From Candidatus Zixiibacteriota bacterium (GTDB taxonomy: Bacteria > Zixibacteria > MSB-5A5 > GN15 > FEB-12), in the NCBI GenBank assembly GCA_041742355.1, contig JBGSIV010000283.1:1-11576 (forward strand): 11,576 nucleotides of DNA, in the 5' to 3' direction. Each line of letters opens with the position of its first letter. Position 1 is the first letter of the stretch. The translations under genes and the position numbers were made by a program. Below are positions 5,527 to 11,576 of this stretch, in pieces. The notes beneath the pieces were generated by a model. It searched no databases, was not told where the DNA came from, and saw only the letters and a list, made by a program, of their open reading frames with translations.

Positions 5527-7239
5527 TTACTCGATAGCCCGGAACAGTCCCGACTGCACCGTGATTGCGCCGTAGGCCGACGGAATGTAGGTGGCCGTGA
5601 GAGTCGGATTCATCATGTTCGTCCTGCCGTCGCCGCCGTTTTGCGGGTGAGGCTGCGCCTCGAGGTAGAACGTATAGGTGCCCGCCTCTTTGGTGTAGAT
5701 CCGCTGGACCGCCATCGAGTAGTAGTGCCGCCGGCTGGGCGAATCGTAGTTGCCGGAACCGGTGACGGCATAGAACGGAGCGGTATAGCTGCCGCCTTCG
5801 GCCTCATCGATCTGCATGATCGACTGGTTCCGCGAATTCGACCCGTACGCCTCCAGCGTCGATGTTCCGGACAGCAGGATATAGCCGGCCGCAGGAATGG
5901 TGATCGTCACGGAGGTAAGGGTCTGCATCGGCCCGCATTGCGTGAGGAAGATCGTTTGCGATGAAAAGGTCCCCGCCAGTCCCGACTCGTTCTGCAGTTC
6001 GTCGGAGCCAATAGCGTTATTTGGCAGTATGACTGCGCTGTCTCCGAGTTCGGAGACGATCTCCAGCGCCCCGGAGGGGTTGTTGGTCCCGATGCCGACC
6101 CCTCCCTTGGCGCGGATGATGAACTGGTCGGGAGCGGTCGTCGCGAAATCCTCGTCGGTATGATCGGCCCAGACAAAGGATCCGTCGTGAAGCGCCTTGG
6201 CGCGCCGTCCGGCCGCGTGTGAATACTCGCCATCGGCCTGATTGAGATTGCCCCCCGGCACCACGCCGAATGCACCGGCGGCCGCATTGTCCAAACCGCC
6301 GCTGACGACCGCATGCGGTCCGGTCGCGCTGTTTTCTTCGCCGCCCGCCACTACCGCGTAGCCCCCCAAAGCTTCATTGTGTCGACCGCCGCTGACCGTC
6401 GAGCCATCTCCTCCCGCGGTATTCTCATGGCCACCCGCCACAACCGACATCGCGCCATACGTCACATTGCTTGAGCCACCTCCGATAGTGGAAGAATCGC
6501 CATTGGCGGTGTTCTGGAATCCCAGCACGCTGGTCTGGATGCCGGGGCTGCTGTTCTCGCCCATCGTGATCTGGCCCTTGGCGATGATATCGCCGTTCGG
6601 GGCGACAATCAGCGTGGTATCGTCCTCCGTCGCGCCGAACATGACGATGCCATCGTTCAGTATCGTCACCCGCTTCACCGGGTCGGACGAACCGCTCTTC
6701 GAATCGACCGGATCGTACAGCGAGATCGACCCCGCGCCATCCAGGAACCCGAGCTTGATAATGCTGGCCGGGGCCATGGCATCCTTCTGGGGAAAGTAGT
6801 CCGGGTTGAGCAGAGTGAGATCACCGGTCATAACGCCGGCCATGGCGCCGTCGACCGTGCCCACCCGGTAAGCGAAGGGGCTGGCGCCGATCTGTGTCCG
6901 CGGCGTGATAGCCTCGCCGTTGACCGAAATCTCCAGCCAACGGCCGGGGCCGGCGAGCAGGGAATCGGTCAGCGGAGTCAGGCTGCCGAGGAACACGGAA
7001 AACAACCCGCCGGACAGCGTGACGCCCGGATGCGTCTCGGTCCACAGGAGCGTCCCCCCGGTGGCATTATCGTACATCGAGAACACCAGGTTGGCCGTGC
7101 CCTCTGCGGACGGCTCACCGAGCGCATCGGTCAAGCGTCCCTGATAGCTGATAACCGACGGGATGGCCGGGAAAACAGTGGACAGGGAAACCAGTGACAG
7201 GACGAGTGTGCAAAGAAGGCCACGATACATACGCTTCAT
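5527..7239 (-). CDS. Secreted multi-domain surface / fibre-like protein with 15-aa beta-roll repeats, function unknown
   Basis: AAGGAG RBS at 7245-7250. Sec signal ends ...TVFPA. N-terminal IPSVISYQGRLTD...LWTETH...GLFSVFLGS domain, about 8 N-x-A-x-G-x-x-S/A-x-V-x-GG repeats, GGVGIGTNNP motif, C-terminal beta-rich domain. Confidence 0.85.
   Translation of the reverse strand: MKRMYRGLLCTLVLSLVSLSTVFPAIPSVISYQGRLTDALGEPSAEGTANLVFSMYDNATGGTLLWTETHPGVTLSGGLFSVFLGSLTPLTDSLLAGPGRWLEISVNGEAITPRTQIGASPFAYRVGTVDGAMAGVMTGDLTLLNPDYFPQKDAMAPASIIKLGFLDGAGSISLYDPVDSKSGSSDPVKRVTILNDGIVMFGATEDDTTLIVAPNGDIIAKGQITMGENSSPGIQTSVLGFQNTANGDSSTIGGGSSNVTYGAMSVVAGGHENTAGGDGSTVSGGRHNEALGGYAVVAGGEENSATGPHAVVSGGLDNAAAGAFGVVPGGNLNQADGEYSHAAGRRAKALHDGSFVWADHTDEDFATTAPDQFIIRAKGGVGIGTNNPSGALEIVSELGDSAVILPNNAIGSDELQNESGLAGTFSSQTIFLTQCGPMQTLTSVTITIPAAGYILLSGTSTLEAYGSNSRNQSIMQIDEAEGGSYTAPFYAVTGSGNYDSPSRRHYYSMAVQRIYTKEAGTYTFYLEAQPHPQNGGDGRTNMMNPTLTATYIPSAYGAITVQSGLFRAIE
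6165..6555 (-). repeat. Protein-level tandem repeat of about 15 aa (45 nt), roughly 8 copies, degenerate at DNA level
   Basis: NSSPGIQTSVLGFQ / NTANGDSSTIGGGSS / NVTYGAMSVVAGGHE / NTAGGDGSTVSGGRH / NEALGGYAVVAGGEE / NSATGPHAVVSGGLD / NAAAGAFGVVPGGNL / NQADGEYSHAAGRR. Confidence 0.9.
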
Positions 7240-7303
7240 ATAGACTCCTTAGCGGGAAAGCGGGTAGAGTTCAGCGGGAGGGGTCAGGTATCCCGGGGTC
7301 ATT

Positions 7304-7331
7304 ATCATATTGTGGCAATCCGGCTTGCCAA
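7304..7331 (-). promoter_or_regulatory. Candidate sigma70 promoter (TTGGCA-N16-TATGAT) overlapped by the inverted repeat TGGCAA-N6-TTGCCA
   Basis: -35 at 7331-7326, -10 at 7309-7304, palindrome at 7313-7330, about 65 nt upstream of ATG 7239. Confidence 0.4.
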
Positions 7332-7421
7332 TCGGCTCCGGACCTGTTTCTTCCTCTTCTTGCCGGATAACCGGCTTCGGGCCTTAAGGTAGATAAAATA
7401 TACCTGCGAGATCTACGTTAA

Positions 7422-7450
7422 CAAGTAAACAGTTTCGGCATTTTTGTCAA
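7422..7450 (-). promoter_or_regulatory. Candidate distal sigma70 promoter (TTGACA-N17-TACTTG)
   Basis: Perfect TTGACA at 7450-7445 in an AT-rich patch. The -10 is weak. Confidence 0.4.
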
Positions 7451-7524
7451 GCACAATTCTCCGGAAGGGCTGCAAGAGACCGGACTCCTCTGGTTCGAGG
7501 ATGGGGAAGAAGGTGAAACTTTGC

Positions 7525-7553
7525 TTGACTCCGTCGTTTAACCCTGATATTAT
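7525..7553 (+). promoter_or_regulatory. Sigma70 promoter for the manC operon (TTGACT-N17-TATTAT, with extended TGn)
   Basis: TTGACT at 7525-7530, 17-nt spacer, TG at 7545-7546, TATTAT at 7548-7553, 38 nt before GTG 7592. Confidence 0.75.
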
Positions 7554-7591
7554 CAACCAATTAGCCGGATTTCTGAAAGGGTTGTGACACT

Positions 7592-8671
7592 GTGATTTTT
7601 GGAGTAATTCTGGCCGGCGGCCGCGGAGAGCGCTTCTGGCCATTGTCGCGCATTCAGAAGCCCAAGCAGTTCCTTCGGTTAACTTCCGACCGAATGATGC
7701 TTGAGGAGACGATCGACCGAGTCCTTCCCCTGATCCCGATGGATCGAATGCGGGTGGTCACGGGAGAGGAAATGCGCCCGTACGTGTTGCGGAACTGCTC
7801 GGCCCTGACCGACCGGCACATTCTGGCCGAACCCTTCGGCCGAAACACGGCTCCGGCCATTGGTCTTGCGGCGGTCCACCTTCTCCAGGAGGATCCGGAT
7901 GCCGTGATGGTTGTTCTTTCCGCCGACCACCTCATTCGACCGCCCGAGAAGCTTCTTCGGATCATTGAGGCCGGCACCAATATCGCCGCTGTTGAAGACA
8001 GCCTGATCACCATCGGAATCGTACCCACCCGTCCGGAAACGGCGTACGGCTACATCAAGCTGGGTGACCTGTACAAGTTGGAGAAAGACAGCCCGGTGCA
8101 CTACGTTTCCGGCTTCACCGAAAAGCCCCGCGCCGCGGTCGCGCTCGATTACTACTATAGCAACAAGTACCTCTGGAACAGCGGCATGTTCATCTGGTCG
8201 GCCCGGTCCATACTCGCGGCCATGCGCAAATGCGAACCGGAGCTGGGCCGGCAGCTTGACGAGTACGCACGGCATGTCGGTACAGCCTCCGAGGGTGAGG
8301 CCCGGGCAAGATTCTACAACGAGGCCACGGGCATCTCCATCGATTTCGCCGTACTTGAAAAGGCTGACAACGTCTTGACCATCCGCGCGGACATCATTTG
8401 GGACGATGTCGGGGACTGGCGCGCGCTTGAGCGGTATAAGCAGAAGAACCGCGACAATAACGTAATCGTCGGGGACGCGGAAACGTTCGAAACGTTTGAA
8501 ACGACCATTTACAACGATGGTGACGGTCTCGTGGCCACCTTGGGCGTGTCGGACCTGATCATCGTGCAGGCAAACAACATCACGCTGGTGGCGCACCGAT
8601 CCCGATCTCAGGACATTAAGAAGCTCTTGGCCAGGTTGCATGAATCGGAAGAACACCGCAAATATCTGTAA
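7592..8671 (+). CDS. manC: Mannose-1-phosphate guanylyltransferase (monofunctional, no C-terminal PMI cupin)
   Basis: Motifs VILAGGRGERFWPLSR..KPKQFL, EPFGRNTAPAI, LSADH, GIVPTRPETAYGYI, FTEKP, WNSGMF, SIDFAVLEK, WDDVGDW. GTG start with AAAGGG upstream. Confidence 0.95.
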   Translation: MIFGVILAGGRGERFWPLSRIQKPKQFLRLTSDRMMLEETIDRVLPLIPMDRMRVVTGEEMRPYVLRNCSALTDRHILAEPFGRNTAPAIGLAAVHLLQEDPDAVMVVLSADHLIRPPEKLLRIIEAGTNIAAVEDSLITIGIVPTRPETAYGYIKLGDLYKLEKDSPVHYVSGFTEKPRAAVALDYYYSNKYLWNSGMFIWSARSILAAMRKCEPELGRQLDEYARHVGTASEGEARARFYNEATGISIDFAVLEKADNVLTIRADIIWDDVGDWRALERYKQKNRDNNVIVGDAETFETFETTIYNDGDGLVATLGVSDLIIVQANNITLVAHRSRSQDIKKLLARLHESEEHRKYL

Positions 8672-9254
8672 GCTGCTGCTGCTGTGCCTCCTCTTGGCGG
8701 CGGGCGGCTGCGTACCGTCGACCCGGGGCGGCGAGGAAGATCGGGTTGCCGGAACCGGATCGAGCGACAGCCTGGCGTTCGATCCGCTGGCGCTCAAGGA
8801 AGACAGTGAGGTTGTTCCGGAACGATATCCCGCCGATTCCCGTCGTACCGGCGAGACCGTTACGACTGACAACGGCTCCGCCGCTGAGCAGGCCGACGGC
8901 CAAGTGGATCAAGCCGAGCCGATCGGCGGTCAGGTCTTCAAGGTGCAGGTGCTCTCAAGCAAGTTGTTCGGTGAGGCCAAACAGGCCCAGCGTGTTGCCG
9001 AAGAGATTTTCGATCAGCCGGTCGCGCTGGATTACGAAGTGCCGTATTTCAAAGTCAGAGTCGGCGCCTTCCGTGACCGCTATGAGGCCGAGCGGTATTC
9101 TCAGCGCGTCCGTGCCGCCGGCTACGCTGACGCCTGGGTCGTGGCGGCCACGATATCGGCCCGGAAAGCGGCTCCAATGTATCAGGATGGAAGCCAGGCG
9201 CCCGCGCCAGTCGATTCGACCACCGCTGATTCATCGTCGATCGGAAACGAGTAG
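8640..9254 (+). CDS. SPOR-domain (peptidoglycan-binding) lipoprotein
   Basis: Signal ends LLLAAGG-C24, then an acidic linker and the SPOR-like FKVQV...YFKVRVGAFRDRYEAERYSQRVRAAGYADAWVV. Overlaps the manC end by 32 nt. Confidence 0.85.
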   Translation: MNRKNTANICKLLLLCLLLAAGGCVPSTRGGEEDRVAGTGSSDSLAFDPLALKEDSEVVPERYPADSRRTGETVTTDNGSAAEQADGQVDQAEPIGGQVFKVQVLSSKLFGEAKQAQRVAEEIFDQPVALDYEVPYFKVRVGAFRDRYEAERYSQRVRAAGYADAWVVAATISARKAAPMYQDGSQAPAPVDSTTADSSSIGNE

Positions 9255-9262
9255 TGGCGGCT

Positions 9263-9895
9263 ATGGGGGTGCGCATTCTGCCTGTCGATCCGGCCAACCC
9301 GGCGCCGGCTGTTATAGATGAAGCGATCGGAATTTTGAATGCCGGGGGATTACTGGTGGCGCCGACCGAAACGCGTTACGGACTCCTGGCTCGCGCCGAC
9401 AGTCAGATGCCGGTCGAACGGTTGATCCATGCCAAGCGGCGATCGCCAGCCAAGCCGGTCTCGATATTTGTCGCCGCCACGAACCGGATTCAGAGTGCCG
9501 GCCGGCTGAGCCCGGTTGCGAGGCGATTGGCCGAACGGTTTCTGCCGGGACCTCTCACGCTGGTCCTGCCGGCCGTGGGACAGTGGCATCCGGTCATAGT
9601 ACCGGAACACGCAATTGGAGTTCGCGTGTCGTCATCGCCGCTTGTCGCCGGTATTATGAGTCGCGTGGCATACCCGGTCACGGCGACATCGGCGAACATA
9701 TCGGGTGATGAAGAAAATGAGCGAATTGAACAGATTGTCGATTCATTCGGTTCGGATGTGGATTTGTACCTCGACGGCGGCCCGCTGACCGGCCTGCCGT
9801 CGACGGTGGTTGACTGCACCGTGGACCCGCCGCGCGTGTTGCGCGAAGGGGCGATCGATCCGGAAGCCATCGAGCGAACAGCGCGAGGAAAGTGA
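9263..9895 (+). CDS. tsaC: L-threonylcarbamoyladenylate synthase (YrdC/TsaC type, no Sua5 C-terminal domain)
   Basis: Motifs PTETRYGL, KRRSPAKP, LPGPLTLVL, IGVRV, TATSANISG, PSTVVD, LREGAI. Start is ATG 9263 or GTG 9254. Confidence 0.92.
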   Translation: MGVRILPVDPANPAPAVIDEAIGILNAGGLLVAPTETRYGLLARADSQMPVERLIHAKRRSPAKPVSIFVAATNRIQSAGRLSPVARRLAERFLPGPLTLVLPAVGQWHPVIVPEHAIGVRVSSSPLVAGIMSRVAYPVTATSANISGDEENERIEQIVDSFGSDVDLYLDGGPLTGLPSTVVDCTVDPPRVLREGAIDPEAIERTARGK

Positions 9896-9896
9896 C

Positions 9897-10397
9897 ATGA
9901 GCAGACCGTTTACGATTATCTTCGTCTGTACAGGGAATACCTGTCGGTCGCCCATGGCGGAAGGAGCGCTGCGCATGCTTCTGAACAGGGAACGCCCCGG
10001 CATGTTCGAAGTCCTCTCAGCCGGAATTGCGGCCGCCGACGGCTACCCGGCCACGTTGTACGCAATCGAAGCCGCCCGCATATGGGAGTGCGACATCAGC
10101 GGCCATAAATCCCAACCGCTCACAGGCGAGCTGGTCGACCGGGCCGATCTGATCCTGTGCATGTCCGAGCGGCATGTGAAGGAAGTTCTGCGGCTGCGGT
10201 CGGGTGCCCGGGAGAAGACATTCTTGTTCAAGAATTTCCCCGAACCATCTCCGTTCGGCGAAGGGGTCGAGGATCCGATCGGCCAGTCGCTCGACCGCTA
10301 TAACGAGACGTTCCTGGAAATCGGCGAGTACCTGGGCAAGCAATTGCCGGAAATTGTAAAAAGAATTGATGAGAAGACTAATGCCGCGCAAATCTAA
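9897..10397 (+). CDS. ywlE: Low-molecular-weight protein phosphatase, probably protein-arginine phosphatase (YwlE type)
   Basis: P-loop FVCTGNTCRSPMAE, SAGI, ADLILCM...H, EDPIG. Start moved to ATG 9897, 1 nt after the tsaC stop. tsaC-ywlE adjacency as in the Bacillus ywl locus. Confidence 0.85.
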   Translation: MSRPFTIIFVCTGNTCRSPMAEGALRMLLNRERPGMFEVLSAGIAAADGYPATLYAIEAARIWECDISGHKSQPLTGELVDRADLILCMSERHVKEVLRLRSGAREKTFLFKNFPEPSPFGEGVEDPIGQSLDRYNETFLEIGEYLGKQLPEIVKRIDEKTNAAQI

Positions 10398-11220
10398 GCT
10401 GCAGGTAACCGTCCTCAGCCTCCTCGTTTTTATCGGCCTCGTGCCGCTGGTGTATTTCACGGCTGGCCGTATCGAAGGTGTGGCGGCCAGCCAGGTGGCG
10501 CCCGGTGAGTCCTCGCCGGTCGACAGCCTCGACCGTTCTGTTGACAACACCGCTTTCGGCGTGGGAGAGAACCTCGTATTCGACGTCGGGTACGGCTTCA
10601 TAAACGCCGGGACCGCCTCGATGGGAGTGCTCCGTCTGATAGAGTACGAGAATCGTCCCTGCTACCAGATACAGACACGCGCCCAGTCGAACAGCTTCTT
10701 CTCGACCTTCTTCCGGGTCGATGACAAAGTCGAATCGATTGTTGACGCCGCCGGTCTTTTCCCGTGGCGCTTCGAGAAGAATCTGCGCGAAGGGGGATAC
10801 CGATCCGACCGGCTCTACACCTTCGACCAGCGCGGACACCTCGTGTACTATCAGAAGGACACGATCGAAATCCCCCCGTTTACCCAGGATCCGCTCTCGG
10901 TTCTGTATTACGTGCGCACCCAGAATCTCGAAGTAGGAAAATCTCTGTTTATCGACAACTTCACCGACGGCAAGCTGTACCCGCTGGAAGTCCGGGTTCT
11001 CGAGAAAGAGCGGATCACCGTCAAAGCGGGCACCTTTGATTGCATTGTGGTCGAGCCGCTTCTTCAGGCCGCCGGTGTGTTCAAGCACGAGGGGAAACTG
11101 AAAGTCTGGCTGACCGATGACCGGCTCAAGATGCCGGTACTTATGAAATCTAAAGTGCTTGTGGGATCCATCAGCGCCGAATTGACCAGCTACGAGCTCG
11201 GCGATATCGACGCCTTTTGA
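10381..11220 (+). CDS. DUF3108-like exported beta-rich protein
   Basis: N-terminal TM/signal, then AFGVGENLVFDVGYGFINAG, FFRVDD, REGGY, QDPLSVLYYVR, VKAGTFDC, VWLTDDRLKMPV, VGSISAEL, which I recognise as DUF3108-like. Start at 10381 (alternatives 10366, 10369), overlapping the phosphatase stop. Confidence 0.75.
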   Translation: MPRKSKLQVTVLSLLVFIGLVPLVYFTAGRIEGVAASQVAPGESSPVDSLDRSVDNTAFGVGENLVFDVGYGFINAGTASMGVLRLIEYENRPCYQIQTRAQSNSFFSTFFRVDDKVESIVDAAGLFPWRFEKNLREGGYRSDRLYTFDQRGHLVYYQKDTIEIPPFTQDPLSVLYYVRTQNLEVGKSLFIDNFTDGKLYPLEVRVLEKERITVKAGTFDCIVVEPLLQAAGVFKHEGKLKVWLTDDRLKMPVLMKSKVLVGSISAELTSYELGDIDAF

Positions 11221-11222
11221 AC

Positions 11223-11576
11223 ATGCCGCCAAAGAAACACAAGATAGGGCCGATCGACCTCTCGTCTGTCACCCGCTACAGCATCGCCGAGCGGCCCAGC
11301 AAGACGCATATCAGTGCTTTCAGCCGTCCGATGGACCGGGTCGACGACGCCGACTTCTTCGAATCCCTGCCGCAGTTCCTCAAGGCCTCGGAGTTCAGGG
11401 AATTCATCGACCTCGTCGCAAAGGCTCGGCGCAATGGCCGGCCCTTTCACCTTCTGCTCGGCGCACACACGATCAAAGTCGGCCTCTCACCAATCTTCAT
11501 CGACCTCATGCGCCGGGGAATCGTGACCGGCCTCTCATTCAACAGCGCCGGAGTCATTCACGATCTCGAACTGGCT
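11223..11576 (+). CDS. Deoxyhypusine-synthase-like (GSU2086-family-like) protein, 3'-truncated, absent from the ORF track
   Basis: ATG 2 nt after the previous stop and open to the window end: MPPKKHKIGPIDLSSVTRYSIAERPSK...FFESLPQFLKA...LLLGAHTIKVGLSPIFIDLMRRGIVTGLSFNSAGVIHDLELA. Confidence 0.8.
   Translation, partial: MPPKKHKIGPIDLSSVTRYSIAERPSKTHISAFSRPMDRVDDADFFESLPQFLKASEFREFIDLVAKARRNGRPFHLLLGAHTIKVGLSPIFIDLMRRGIVTGLSFNSAGVIHDLELA

Noticed and set aside
5507..5530. GTAAG...CTTAC inverted repeat as a third copy of the 25-bp dyad
   Set aside because: Spacing is 22 rather than 25 bp, the inner TTG/CAA is missing, and one arm is simply the stop codon.
6165..6555. 45-nt periodicity as a CRISPR array or DGR-type repeat
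   Set aside because: Repeats are conserved only at the amino-acid level within a CDS, and no cas or reverse transcriptase gene is in the window.
4611..7239. Beta-barrel as dedicated transporter for the 570-aa protein (split autotransporter or two-partner secretion)
   Set aside because: A strong terminator and a separate candidate promoter lie between them, and the barrel is too small for TpsB/Omp85 and has no POTRA domains.
7249..7308. 19-aa minus-strand uORF (MIMTPGYLTPPAELYPLSR) whose TAA overlaps the RBS of the 570-aa gene
   Set aside because: No RBS, its start lies within the candidate -10 element, and it has no leader-peptide-like codon bias.
7313..7330. TGGCA...TTGC as a sigma54 promoter
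   Set aside because: GG-to-GC spacing is 11 nt rather than the strict 10. Kept only as a palindrome.
7679..8872. 397-aa antisense ORF over manC and the SPOR gene
   Set aside because: Antisense shadow of a clearly conserved gene with non-protein-like composition.
9810..9896. Upstream extension of the phosphatase ORF, or a TsaC-phosphatase fusion by frameshift
   Set aside because: tsaC ends normally, the phosphatase has its own ATG 1 nt later with GAGGA upstream, and there is no slippery site.
10378..11232. 284-aa antisense ORF mirroring the DUF3108-like gene
   Set aside because: Shadow frame of a GC-rich gene, with no RBS or recognisable motifs.

Overview
GC-rich, densely coding bacterial window from a diderm (lipoproteins, an outer-membrane beta-barrel and a SPOR protein). 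An FCB-related or candidate lineage such as Zixibacteria is my unverified impression. Layout: (+) 5'-truncated butyrate kinase, two tandem phosphate butyryltransferase paralogs and a small orphan ORF; (-) a large secreted beta-roll repeat protein, an OM beta-barrel and an M19 dipeptidase lipoprotein; then a divergent promoter region and a (+) tightly packed operon of mannose-1-phosphate guanylyltransferase, SPOR lipoprotein, TsaC, YwlE-type low-molecular-weight phosphatase, a DUF3108-like protein and a 3'-truncated deoxyhypusine-synthase-like protein missing from the ORF track. I found no mobile elements, CRISPR arrays, tRNAs or rRNAs. Most of the window is housekeeping. The best candidate for something new is that the two Ptb paralogs have lost complementary sets of conserved motifs, which suggests an obligate heterodimeric acyl-CoA:phosphate transferase. 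All family calls come from motif recognition, not database searches.
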